Of a stretch of DNA of 64,000 nt, positions 1 through 9,250 are shown piece by piece; position 1 is the first letter of the stretch; each line of letters opens with the position of its first letter. Below the pieces are notes generated by a model. That model had not been told where the DNA came from. It saw nothing but the letters and a program-made list of their open reading frames with translations, and searched no databases. Origin of the DNA: Bacillota bacterium (GTDB taxonomy: Bacteria; Bacillota; Clostridia; Christensenellales; Aristaeellaceae); the NCBI GenBank assembly GCA_030057655.1, contig JASGUQ010000040.1, forward strand, positions 1,820 through 65,819, in the 5' to 3' direction. A program made the translations under genes and the position numbers.

Positions 1-954
1 GCCGATAAAGATGTCGGCAGCGCCGCTGCCCACGATATTTGGAAGCAGCGGGTTCTGGGAACGCTTGTTGAAAGCCAGCTTGGTGCGCTGGATAATGATG
101 TTGCTGTAGTGCAGGGTGGCGTCGGGATCAAGGTAGTCCGTATAGATCCCCTTGGCCGTCAGGCGCAGGTAGTAATCCTTCTCCGCATCATAGAAATAGG
201 TGGCCTCTGTGGACTCGTTTTTCTTGTGGGTAACGGTGATCTTGTACGCATCCGGGCCTTCATAGGTGGCATTCGCGTCAAACAGGAAGGGACGCGGCTG
301 GAAGGGATAATTGGGATCGGGTACCTGAGCCAGCAGCTGCTGTACCTGGCCGGACACATTGTGGGGCGCCCTGTGGTACTTGACCCTGGGGAAGAGAGCG
401 GCGTACTTGTTGCCGATGCCATCCATCTCCAAGCCTTTGGCGGGAACGCCGAATTTACGGATCACTTCGCGGAAGTTGCTGCCCTCAGCGGTCTGCTCGC
501 CGTAGTGGAGCAAAAGAGCATCCCACTCCTCACGCAGTTCCGCGTGCATGACGCGGGCTGAGCGGACAGGGCCCGCTTCCTGCGGGATGTTATCGGAGAA
601 CAGGGCTGTGAGCCTGGTCCAGCCGTTGCCGGAGATGGGCAATTCATACATGATGTCCGCATGGGTCAAACCCCACTGGGGCAGTGCGCCCAGGTTGTTG
701 TCGATCTGGCAAAGGACGACGACATAGCGCCCATCCTCCTTGGGCAAGCCTGTGGTGGGGCTGATGCCCGAGATGACAGGGTTGTTGGGGACGCTGCCAT
801 CCGCCTTCTTGCCTTTGAATTTGATGTCACGGGTCATGACCGTTGGAATAACGGTGTTGATGACGCCGTCTTCTGAAACCTCTGCTGCTTCCTCGGCCAA
901 AGCCAGAGGAGCCAGCATCACAAACAGCAGGAGGAGCGCGATAATCTTCTTCAT
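1..954 (-). CDS. DUF3048-family secreted protein (YerB-like); the C-terminus runs off the left edge
   Basis: Absent from the ORF track because it has no in-window stop. The reverse strand is open from the ATG at ~954 to base 1. It begins MKKIIALLLLFVMLAPLALAEEAAE (signal peptide) and continues ...LPQWGLTHADIMYELPISGNGWTRLTALFSDNIPQEAGPVRSARVMH..., which I recognise as the DUF3048 core. An AAAGGAA RBS lies ~7 nt upstream. Confidence 0.7.
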   Translation of the reverse strand, partial: MKKIIALLLLFVMLAPLALAEEAAEVSEDGVINTVIPTVMTRDIKFKGKKADGSVPNNPVISGISPTTGLPKEDGRYVVVLCQIDNNLGALPQWGLTHADIMYELPISGNGWTRLTALFSDNIPQEAGPVRSARVMHAELREEWDALLLHYGEQTAEGSNFREVIRKFGVPAKGLEMDGIGNKYAALFPRVKYHRAPHNVSGQVQQLLAQVPDPNYPFQPRPFLFDANATYEGPDAYKITVTHKKNESTEATYFYDAEKDYYLRLTAKGIYTDYLDPDATLHYSNIIIQRTKLAFNKRSQNPLLPNIVGSGAADIFIG

Positions 955-1014
955 AACTAAATTCCTTTCACCGGAATGGACTTATTTTATCAGATGGCAG
1001 GAGAACAATGCAAA

Positions 1015-2097
1015 TCAGAAGGATTCCTCAACTTCCCCTTCGCTGACGACCACGAGGGAGGGCGCGTTTTTGTCATAGATGAGGTGCAGGAAGGTGTCGT
1101 TGTTGGACCAGGTCATATCGCCGTTCTTCATGACCATGACCGGATCGGCATAGCGGTTGTACAGGGAAATGAAAGCGGCATAGAAGGACAGCTCATTGTT
1201 AAAGACATACTCGACTCTGTTAAGCCCATCCTCAAATTGGAAGGTGATCTTCGCCGGGATGCGGAAGACGGTGCCGTCTTTGATGACAACCTGCCCGTTT
1301 TCTTCCTCAGCGCCCTCAATGCCCAAAGCATTTTCCAAGCTGTCGCCCCACACAAGGTCCATCAGCGCGTCATGGTTGTTGTCATAGGCTGTCTCAAGCG
1401 AATAGCCTGTCAGGCCATGCACATAGGCTTCGCGTTCAGCGGTAACGTCCGCATATTCCTTGGTCAAACGCAGCAGCCGCCAAACACCGTCAACCTCGAT
1501 AAAGTTGTAGCGCTCAAAATAATACTCGTGGAAATCCTTCTCCTCCACATAAAACTGCATGACGCGGTAGTTGTACAGTTCCTCGCCGATGCGGACGGTA
1601 AACTCCACATAGTTGTCAGAAAACTCGCTGAAATCCTCTTCCTCAAACCCAGGAATAGAGGCCAACTCCGCGTAACCCTCCGCTCCGCCAAAGCCGTTGA
1701 GCAGTTTGAGGGCCTTGACCTTGTCCTCGCGGGAGAGTTCCTCCAAATACGCCTGATAGGACTCCAGCGCGCCGGTCGTGACAAAAACCAGGGGAGGAAC
1801 CCCGCCGTCCTTGCCTTCCGCGCTGTCCAGCATCGCGTTGATGGCTGTATCCAGATCGGGCATTTTAGCGAAGTCCGGTTCAGCAGGGTTGGTGAGAAGG
1901 CCCCTGTACGGCGTCTGCGGATCTACGATCTGATAGTAGGTGAAGCCATAGATCTTAAAGAAAGGCATGTCGTTGACATAGCCGATGGTCATCGGCTCGC
2001 CAACCTCAGGGTGGGTGAAGGTCATCCCCAGCGCCAGAGCGGACAGGGAAGCCAGCGCCAAGACCAGCGCCAGCGCCAGAGCAAGCAGTTTTTTCAT
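1015..2097 (-). CDS. secreted hypothetical protein (signal peptide, no recognised domain)
   Basis: 360-aa ORF with the N-terminus MKKLLALALALVLALASLSALALG and an acidic mature part. It is co-directional with the LCP gene and starts 27 nt downstream of it. Confidence 0.7.
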   Translation of the reverse strand: MKKLLALALALVLALASLSALALGMTFTHPEVGEPMTIGYVNDMPFFKIYGFTYYQIVDPQTPYRGLLTNPAEPDFAKMPDLDTAINAMLDSAEGKDGGVPPLVFVTTGALESYQAYLEELSREDKVKALKLLNGFGGAEGYAELASIPGFEEEDFSEFSDNYVEFTVRIGEELYNYRVMQFYVEEKDFHEYYFERYNFIEVDGVWRLLRLTKEYADVTAEREAYVHGLTGYSLETAYDNNHDALMDLVWGDSLENALGIEGAEEENGQVVIKDGTVFRIPAKITFQFEDGLNRVEYVFNNELSFYAAFISLYNRYADPVMVMKNGDMTWSNNDTFLHLIYDKNAPSLVVVSEGEVEESF

Positions 2098-2124
2098 TTC
2101 AGTTTCTCCTTGTTGTTTTATTCA

Positions 2125-3018
2125 TTAGTCCGGATACAGCAGAAAATCACGGACTGCCTTTTTCTCTTTTTCCATGTCCGAGACCTGGACCACCAGGTGC
2201 ATGTTGACGCGCTTGGTCTTAAAGGGGGTGGAGGGGGAGCGCTGGTAGACAATCTCCATATCAAGGCCGCCCTGCAGCACCGCCTGGGCAAACATGAGCA
2301 GGTCATACACCGGCATGTTGGTCGATATCATCGGCAGGATGTCGCTGGCAACAGCAACCGCTTCATTTAAGCCCATCTGCGGCAGGCGCTTTAGGATGGC
2401 GGAGATGACCCGCATCTGCCGCTCATTGCGCTGGGCGTTTGACTCGATGGGATTAATCTCCATGTCCCTGACGCGCATGAAAGCCTGGGCCTGCTTGCCG
2501 TCAAAATGGTGCATGCCAGGTTTGGCCTTGGGAACGATCAGGGGAGAAGCGTTGACCACCTTCAGCTCGTCCTCAAAAATCTCAACATCAATACCGCCCA
2601 GGCTGTCGATGATGCCGATGGCGCTTGGGATATCCACCTGCATGTAGTAGGCAAGATCGGTATTAAACAAGCCGTTGATGGTATCCATCGCCATCTTCGA
2701 ACCGCCAAAATAGGTGGCGGTGGACAGCTTGTTGATGCCGTGATCGCCTGGCAGGGTAACCTGATAGTCGCGTTCCACGCTCAATACACGCACCTTCCCG
2801 GAACCGGGCAGGATGGTCAGGATCAAGATCGCGTCCGCACGGCTTAAGGTTTCATCTTCCGACACGGTGCGATATCCCAGTTTGTCCGTACCCAGCAAGA
2901 GGATGCGCATGGGTTTTAAAGCCTCAGCGCAACTTGAAAACGGCGCAGCAAGCAAGGCTGCGATCAGGGCGATAAAGACCAGGCTTGATAATCTTTTTTT
3001 AGTGAAAAAAGATCGCAT
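2125..3018 (-). CDS. LytR-CpsA-Psr (LCP) family glycopolymer-cell wall ligase
   Basis: N-terminal TM helix, then RILLLGTD...SRADAILILTI...GGSKMAMDTINGLF...IGIIDSLGGIDVEI, which are typical LCP core motifs. Confidence 0.9.
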   Translation of the reverse strand: MRSFFTKKRLSSLVFIALIAALLAAPFSSCAEALKPMRILLLGTDKLGYRTVSEDETLSRADAILILTILPGSGKVRVLSVERDYQVTLPGDHGINKLSTATYFGGSKMAMDTINGLFNTDLAYYMQVDIPSAIGIIDSLGGIDVEIFEDELKVVNASPLIVPKAKPGMHHFDGKQAQAFMRVRDMEINPIESNAQRNERQMRVISAILKRLPQMGLNEAVAVASDILPMISTNMPVYDLLMFAQAVLQGGLDMEIVYQRSPSTPFKTKRVNMHLVVQVSDMEKEKKAVRDFLLYPD

Positions 3019-3025
3019 AGGCTTC

Positions 3026-4411
3026 TCAATACAGCATGTAGCCGAGCAGGCGTTTGTTCATCAGTGCCAATCTTTCTTTGTCAGACAGCACGCGCCTGAG
3101 CTTTGAAACATTCAACCGCTCAAGCAGCACCGCACCGTCCACATTGGAGAGGTCCCGCACGGTCTGCGCGCTGCAGCCCAAGTGGCCGCCGGGGACAACC
3201 GTGATGTTTTTGTCCTTGAGTTCCGCGTTCAGCTTTTTAGCCACTTCTTCAATGATCTTCAGATCCATGGCGCCGGTCAGCAGCACGGAGCTGCCCGGCT
3301 CCAGCAAGCCTTCCAGGTTGGCCGCGACCACAGAAATCGCCTCTTTTTCGTTTTGCAGCAGGTTGTCCCCCGCCAGACGGTTCTTCAGGGCAGTCAGCAG
3401 GTATCCCTTTTTCGGTTTGACGCCTCCCAGGAAGGGAATGCTGAGCTGTTCCTGCACCTGAAGGGCATACTGCAGGGGAAATTTTGCCAGATAGGAGAAA
3501 GCGGCGACAACAAGGCCAATGATAAAGCCCAAAACAAAGGCAAATACCGCGTTTTTAAACGCATGTTTGAACAGAGAGGGCTTATCAGCGCTCAATTTGT
3601 CATATTCTTTTTTTAGACCGCTGATCTGAGACATCGTGGTGGTGTACAGGCTGCGCTTTTCCGCCTGTTTTGCGGCCAGATCACTGTCCGCCACCTGAAG
3701 GAGGCTGTCGTCCAGCACGGTCAAAGTATGGGGAGCAATGAGCCCCTCCAGGAGGGACTGCTGGCTCTTTAAAAAATCAAACACTTTTTTGGCTGCCAGT
3801 TGGGGGTCCAGGTCCTTGGTGCCAATGACGCTGATGGTGATCAGCCCTTCATCGCCTTCCAGCCTCTCCTGCTGGGCATAACGCTTGGCGCTGACCATTT
3901 CACGCAAATAAGCGTCTTCTATTTTGTTTGGCAGCAGATCGCTGAACAACTCGCCCAAGTCGGCGCTTTCAAACAGGATCAGATAACGGCTGACCAACTG
4001 CGTAATCTGGGAACGGCCCACATCAACAACGCCCAGGGTGCGCTGATTTCTAAGTTCCAGATTGAAGTAATCAGGCTTGACGGATACAGAAAAGGTAAGG
4101 GTGGCAACCTGTTTGTTGCTGGGGTCCACTGTCATTAACAGGCTGTTGCTGTTGTATTTCTCAGCAGCATCCGCGATCGCGGTCTTCGCCTCAATCTCCG
4201 ACTGCTTAGCAGCAAGATCGGCATTGTGGGAAGCCAATTCCGAATTGTAGTTGCCCGTCAATTTGCTGATTGCGCCGGACTGGCTGAAGTAGCTGAAGCC
4301 GCCAATCAACAGCGCCAGCACAAGGCCAAGAGCAACCATCATCTTCCAACGGTTCAAAAGCGCGATCAGCAATTCCTTGGGGGTGAGTTCAATCTGACGC
4401 ATGTCAGGCAT
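3026..4411 (-). CDS. Wzz/CpsC-type chain-length determinant fused to a degenerate (P-loop-less) BY-kinase-like C-terminal domain
   Basis: Two TM helices (ALGLVLALLIGGFSYF and VFAFVLGFIIGLVVAAFSYL) flank a long coiled periplasmic-type region. The C-terminal ~130 aa align by eye to the CpsD/CapB end (…DGAVLLERLN…LLGYMLY), but no GxxxxGK[ST] is present. Confidence 0.8.
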   Translation of the reverse strand: MPDMRQIELTPKELLIALLNRWKMMVALGLVLALLIGGFSYFSQSGAISKLTGNYNSELASHNADLAAKQSEIEAKTAIADAAEKYNSNSLLMTVDPSNKQVATLTFSVSVKPDYFNLELRNQRTLGVVDVGRSQITQLVSRYLILFESADLGELFSDLLPNKIEDAYLREMVSAKRYAQQERLEGDEGLITISVIGTKDLDPQLAAKKVFDFLKSQQSLLEGLIAPHTLTVLDDSLLQVADSDLAAKQAEKRSLYTTTMSQISGLKKEYDKLSADKPSLFKHAFKNAVFAFVLGFIIGLVVAAFSYLAKFPLQYALQVQEQLSIPFLGGVKPKKGYLLTALKNRLAGDNLLQNEKEAISVVAANLEGLLEPGSSVLLTGAMDLKIIEEVAKKLNAELKDKNITVVPGGHLGCSAQTVRDLSNVDGAVLLERLNVSKLRRVLSDKERLALMNKRLLGYMLY

Positions 4412-6419
4412 CCTCCTTTAAAGCCTCTTTGGGCTGTGTCTTTTCTTCTTCCTGTCTGATGGCCTCTTTGTTGACCTCTTCAGCGTCATGGTAGGTGGGC
4501 ACCGCCTTTTTGACCGCCTCTACAAGGGCATCTTTGGCCTTGCTTGAAAGAGCATCCTTTAAAAGATTCAGTTTTTCCTGAACTTCCTCGCGGGAAAGCC
4601 CGGACTCCCGCTCAATAAAGATGCGCTGGTCATCAGTCTGCAGCTGGCTGGTCTTGTCCACCAGGATCTCCTCATAGAGCTTTTCGCCCGGCCTCAGGCC
4701 GATCTCCTGGATGTCGATCTCCTTATAGGGGATATAACCGCTCAGACGGATCAGATTCTCCGCCAGATCAAGGATCTTGACCTGGGAACCCATGTTCAGC
4801 ACATAGATGTCCCCTTTTTCAGCGCGGCAGCCGGTCTGCAGCACCAGTTGGGCTGCTTCTGAAATCATCATGAAATAGCGGACGATGCGCTTGTCCGTGA
4901 CCGTGACAGGGCCGCCAGCCTTGATCTGATTGAGGAAGAGCGGGATAACTGAGCCGTTTGAGTTGAGCACGTTGCCAAAGCGCACCGCTACAAAGGCGGT
5001 CTGGCTGTCCTTGCGGCTTTGGACGATCATCTCGCACAGGCGCTTGGACGCGCCCATGATGTTTGTGGGGTTGACCGCCTTGTCGGTCGAAATCAGAATA
5101 AAGCGCTTGACGCCGTGCTCCTCCGCGGAAGTAACCAGGTTGTAGGTGCCAAAAACGTTGTTTTTGATGGCTTCCTCGGGGTTGTGCTCCATCAGGGGCA
5201 CATGCTTGTGCGCAGCCGCGTGGAACACGAAAGAGGGCTTGTAGCGATCCATGACCTCATCGATCTTGTTCTTGTCCCTGACAGAAGCGATCTCGACCCG
5301 CACCTTGACGGATGATTTCCTTGCATTCAGCTCATTTTGAAGATCATAGACGCTGTTTTCATAGATGTCCAGGAGCACAAGGGTGTCCGGTTCCATAACC
5401 AAAAGCTGGCGGCACAGCTCGCTCCCGATGGAGCCGCCGGCGCCTGTAACCAGGATGGTCTGCCCCTTGTAATACTCGCCCTTGTTATGACCCAGGTTGG
5501 AAATCTTTTTACGGGGCAAAAGATCCTCAATGTTGATTTCACGGATGGTCTTGGACTGGCCGTCATCCAGCAGGCGATCTGCCGGAAAATCATAGATGAG
5601 CACGTTGCGGCCGAACTGCTTATAAAAAACAAATAATTTTTGAAGAAACTCCGCGTCCTTGTCCGGAATGGTGATCACAAAGGTGTCCACGTTCATTTTT
5701 TGCGCAGTGAGGGCGATGGATTCGTCCTCCGGGTAAACCCTGAGATTCAGGATGAAATTGCCAATTTTCCCCGGGTGATTGTCCAGGAAGCAGACCGGCA
5801 GGTACTTGGCGTTTTTGTCACTCAAGAGCTCCCTGGCCAGCTGGATGCCCATTTCGCTTGCGCCAACGATGGCAATGCGGGTCTGCAAGGGTCCGTCGAT
5901 CAGCTTGCTGTTTTTGTCCTTCAGTTTGCTGATCTTAAAGGGACTGCGGTCAACAGCGCGTCGCCACTGATACAGGAACCTTAAGGTCAGGGTAAAAATA
6001 AGCGACATCGCCACCACGGCGAGGGTATGGATGGCGGAGATCTTCCAAACCATAAAAGTATTGCTGATCAGGAAATACAAGCCGCCGCCAAGGGTGTCTG
6101 CAAATATAAAAAGCAGGTAGGCCGACTCATTGGCATACCGCCAGGACTGGGAATATACACGAAAAAGAAGGCGCATCAAAAAAATGCAGCCCATCAGGAT
6201 AGCCCCATGAATAACCTTTGTCTGGGTGGTCAAACGCATGGCCGAACTGGGATAAATGCCGAATACCAGCGCGATGGCGACGACCAGGCTGACCAGATCA
6301 ATCAGGATCAGAACCGCGTGCCTGGCGCGTCTGCCGGAGGGAAAACGAAGCTTCACAAAACAATCTCCTTCGCCCAAGGGTGCGTATAGTGTACCACTTG
6401 CGGCAAAGAATTGCCACAA
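4404..6419 (-). CDS. membrane-bound CapD/PglF/WbpM-type UDP-GlcNAc 4,6-dehydratase
   Basis: Four N-terminal TM helices. Two Rossmann segments (IAIVGASEMG and ILVTGAGGSIGSEL). CapD-type core …HAAAHKHVPLME…FILISTDKAVNPTNIMGASKR. Confidence 0.9.
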   Translation of the reverse strand: MWQFFAASGTLYAPLGEGDCFVKLRFPSGRRARHAVLILIDLVSLVVAIALVFGIYPSSAMRLTTQTKVIHGAILMGCIFLMRLLFRVYSQSWRYANESAYLLFIFADTLGGGLYFLISNTFMVWKISAIHTLAVVAMSLIFTLTLRFLYQWRRAVDRSPFKISKLKDKNSKLIDGPLQTRIAIVGASEMGIQLARELLSDKNAKYLPVCFLDNHPGKIGNFILNLRVYPEDESIALTAQKMNVDTFVITIPDKDAEFLQKLFVFYKQFGRNVLIYDFPADRLLDDGQSKTIREINIEDLLPRKKISNLGHNKGEYYKGQTILVTGAGGSIGSELCRQLLVMEPDTLVLLDIYENSVYDLQNELNARKSSVKVRVEIASVRDKNKIDEVMDRYKPSFVFHAAAHKHVPLMEHNPEEAIKNNVFGTYNLVTSAEEHGVKRFILISTDKAVNPTNIMGASKRLCEMIVQSRKDSQTAFVAVRFGNVLNSNGSVIPLFLNQIKAGGPVTVTDKRIVRYFMMISEAAQLVLQTGCRAEKGDIYVLNMGSQVKILDLAENLIRLSGYIPYKEIDIQEIGLRPGEKLYEEILVDKTSQLQTDDQRIFIERESGLSREEVQEKLNLLKDALSSKAKDALVEAVKKAVPTYHDAEEVNKEAIRQEEEKTQPKEALKEDA

Positions 6420-6429
6420 GCAGCAGGCC

Positions 6430-7557
6430 TTACAGGATGCTTCTGATCCCGGAAATGACCTTGTTGATGTCTTCCCCGCTCAGATAAGGGTGCATGGGAA
6501 GGCTGAGAACACGCCCTGTCAGGGAAGTTGTCACAGGGAAACGATCATCCCCAAGCCCCATATCCGCGTAAGCAGTCTGCTGATGCAGGCCGCGCGGATA
6601 ATAGACCATGGTCGGTATTTTTAATTCCACCAGTTTGGCCTTGAGCATGTCGCGCTGCGCCCTGTCTTTGAGCAGGATGGTGTATTGCGCCCAGCTTGAG
6701 TAGTAGCCTTCCGGGATCAGGGGCGTTATGACCAGATCCTGTAAGCCCTCGGTGTACTTGCGCGCGGCTTCATTGACTGCGTCCAGTTCATAGGAAACAA
6801 AGGCTTCAAATTTTGGCAGGAGAATGGCCGCCTGCAGGGTGTCCAGCCTGGAGTTCATGCCGATTAACTGGTTGTCGTATTTGTCCTCCGGGGACCTGCC
6901 CTGCGCCCTGAGGGAGCGCAGATGGACATCCATTTGATCGTCATTTGTGAAGATGGCACCGCCATCCCCGTAGCATCCCAGGGGCTTGGCCGGGAAAAAG
7001 GAGGTGGTGGCCGCGTCGCCAAAGGAGCAGACCCTTTGCCCCCTGATTGCGCCGCCAAAGCCCTGCGCGCCGTCTTCCATCACCAGAAGGCCATACTTGT
7101 CCGCGATCTTTTGAATGCGGTCATAATCCGCGGGCAGGCCAAACAGATCCACAGGCACGATGACCTTCGGAGTGAGTTTGCCTTCCTTTAAGACTTCCTC
7201 AATGGCCTTTTCAAGGCTGTCCGGGCAGATGTTGAAGGTGCGCTCATCCACATCCACCAGGATGGCCGTGGCGCCCAGGATGGAAGCGCTGCCGGCGGAA
7301 GCGAAAAAGGTGAAGTCAGAGGTAAAGACAGCGTCCCCCTCCCCCACGCCCCAGGCCATCAGCAGCAACTGCAAGGCGTCGGTTCCATTGGCGCAGGACA
7401 CGCAGTGCTTAACGCCCACAAAGTCCGCCAGCTTGTCCTCCAGCTCCTTGACTTCCGGGCCAAAGATAAACTTGCTGCCGGCCATGACCTCCTGCACCCT
7501 GCGGTCGATCTCCGGCTTCAGGCGCTGATACTGGGCGCCCAGATCACGGAATTGCAT
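6430..7557 (-). CDS. DegT/DnrJ/EryC1 PLP aminotransferase, WbpE/WlbC-like (3-amino sugar uronate)
   Basis: CANGTDALQLLL, then the SFFPAKPLGCYGDGGAIFT PLP-lysine motif. It sits directly next to the WbpD- and WbpB-like genes. Confidence 0.85.
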   Translation of the reverse strand: MQFRDLGAQYQRLKPEIDRRVQEVMAGSKFIFGPEVKELEDKLADFVGVKHCVSCANGTDALQLLLMAWGVGEGDAVFTSDFTFFASAGSASILGATAILVDVDERTFNICPDSLEKAIEEVLKEGKLTPKVIVPVDLFGLPADYDRIQKIADKYGLLVMEDGAQGFGGAIRGQRVCSFGDAATTSFFPAKPLGCYGDGGAIFTNDDQMDVHLRSLRAQGRSPEDKYDNQLIGMNSRLDTLQAAILLPKFEAFVSYELDAVNEAARKYTEGLQDLVITPLIPEGYYSSWAQYTILLKDRAQRDMLKAKLVELKIPTMVYYPRGLHQQTAYADMGLGDDRFPVTTSLTGRVLSLPMHPYLSGEDINKVISGIRSIL

Positions 7558-7559
7558 GC

Positions 7560-8126
7560 TTATACCTCCAATAACTGTCCGTTGTTCAGTTCATAGCTTC
7601 GTCCGCATTTGGCGCAGGTGAAACCGTTTTTCAGCGGCTGTCCGCATTCGCAGACCCAGCCGATCTGTTTTGCCGGGACGCCGGCCATGAGCGCGTGCGC
7701 AGGCACATCCTTGGTAACGACTGCGCCGGAGGCGATCAGCGCCCATTCGCCGATGGTGTTGCCGCAAACGATGGTGGCGTTGCCGCCGATGGACGCGCCG
7801 CGCTTGATGAGCGTCTTCACAAAGCCCTGAGGCCCCTTGGGATACTTGGCGCGCGGCGTCAAGTCGTTGGTAAAAACGCAGGAGGGGCCGCAAAAAACAT
7901 AGTCCTCCAATTCGACCCCTTCATACACCGCCACATTGTTCTGGATCCTGCAGCTGTTCCCGATTTTGACGTTGTTGCTGATGTTGACATTTTGCCCCAG
8001 GGAACAGTTTTCGCCGATCACGGCGCCTTTTTGGACATGGCAAAAATGCCAGATCTTGGTGCCGGCGCCAATGGACACCGGCTCGTCGATATAACTGCTC
8101 TCGTGCACAAAATATGGCTTATCCAT
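7560..8126 (-). CDS. left-handed beta-helix N-acetyltransferase, WbpD/WlbB-like
   Basis: Hexapeptide repeats throughout (IGENCSLGQNVNISNNVKIGNSCRIQNNV…). C-terminal Cys-rich tail CECGQPLKNGFTCAKCG. Confidence 0.8.
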   Translation of the reverse strand: MDKPYFVHESSYIDEPVSIGAGTKIWHFCHVQKGAVIGENCSLGQNVNISNNVKIGNSCRIQNNVAVYEGVELEDYVFCGPSCVFTNDLTPRAKYPKGPQGFVKTLIKRGASIGGNATIVCGNTIGEWALIASGAVVTKDVPAHALMAGVPAKQIGWVCECGQPLKNGFTCAKCGRSYELNNGQLLEV

Positions 8127-8128
8127 CT

Positions 8129-9226
8129 TTAGTTCCCTGCCTTGTCAAAGCGCCCGGCAAAATCAAGGGAGGAGCAGGAATCAAGGGGCAATTTTACCGG
8201 CTTGCCGGTGGCGGCTGACTGGTAGATGGCCAGCACCAGTTCCAGCGCGCGCTTGCCCGCGTGCGCGTCCACATAAGGCGCGCGGTCGTTGAGAATCGCG
8301 TCCGCGACATCGGCGTACAGGGGGGTGTGGCCAAAGCCATAGACATTCGGCGGGTTCTCATGGTGTTCGCGTTTGATGGTCTCTGGGTCATCCAGGGCGT
8401 CTGAGAAGTTCCACTCGTCGATCACGTTGACCGACTGGCCGCCGGCCTTGACGGTGCCCTTCTCGCCGAAGATGTACAGGGTTTCCTCCAGGTTCTTCGG
8501 ATAGATGTTGGTGGTACCCTCGACCAGGCCATAGGCGCCGTTTTTAAAGCGGATGAGCGCCAGGCCCAGATCCTCCGCCTGAATGTAGGGATGGTTCAAT
8601 TTATCGGTGTAGGCGAACACCTCATCGATCTCGTCCCCCATCATCCACCGCAGCAGGTCGATGTTGTGGATGCACTGGTTCATCAGCGCGCCGCCGTCCT
8701 GCTCCCAGGTGCCGCGCCACTTGGCCCTGGCGTAATACTCCCAGCCGCGGTTCCAGCGGATGTGGGCCGCGCCGTGAAACAGCCGACCAAAGCGTTTCTT
8801 TTCGATCGCGTCCCTGATGACGCGGATGGACTTGTTGAAACGGTTCTGGTGGCAGGCGGAGACCTTGACCCCTTTTTCTTCTGCCAGAGCAATGATCTTG
8901 TCGGCATCCTCAATGGACAGCGCGATGGGCTTTTCAATGATCAGGTTGCAGCCCGCTTCAATGCAGTCAAAAGCGATGGGCGCGTGCTTGCCCGATTCCG
9001 TGCAGATGGCGACCAGATCCAGCTTCTCATTTTTAAGCATGTCCCGGTAATCCGTGTATTGTTTGACTGTCTTGGGCAACTCAAACTTGAGTATCTTGTC
9101 CGTCATGTTTTCCGGCGCGATATCGCAGATGGCCACGATGTCAAAGCCGTTTTCCTTGGCAGCGGCGATGTGGTTGGGTGAAATCCGGCCGCAGCCGATC
9201 AGGGCGTAGGCGATTCTCTTGCTCAT
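8129..9226 (-). CDS. Gfo/Idh/MocA oxidoreductase, WbpB/WlbA-like
   Basis: The Rossmann N-terminus MSKRIAYALIGCGRIS follows a GGGAAAGGAA RBS. The track ORF begins 21 nt further upstream at 9247 but has no RBS there. Confidence 0.85.
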   Translation of the reverse strand: MSKRIAYALIGCGRISPNHIAAAKENGFDIVAICDIAPENMTDKILKFELPKTVKQYTDYRDMLKNEKLDLVAICTESGKHAPIAFDCIEAGCNLIIEKPIALSIEDADKIIALAEEKGVKVSACHQNRFNKSIRVIRDAIEKKRFGRLFHGAAHIRWNRGWEYYARAKWRGTWEQDGGALMNQCIHNIDLLRWMMGDEIDEVFAYTDKLNHPYIQAEDLGLALIRFKNGAYGLVEGTTNIYPKNLEETLYIFGEKGTVKAGGQSVNVIDEWNFSDALDDPETIKREHHENPPNVYGFGHTPLYADVADAILNDRAPYVDAHAGKRALELVLAIYQSAATGKPVKLPLDSCSSLDFAGRFDKAGN

Positions 9227-9250
9227 TTTCACACATTCCTTTCCCATTGT

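Noticed and set aside
976-2370. 464-aa plus-strand ORF spanning the secreted-protein and LCP genes
   Set aside because: It is an antisense shadow ORF in GC-rich DNA. The product is rich in Arg/Gly/His/Gln/Val and has no RBS. It overlaps minus-strand genes that have a clear signal peptide and LCP motifs.
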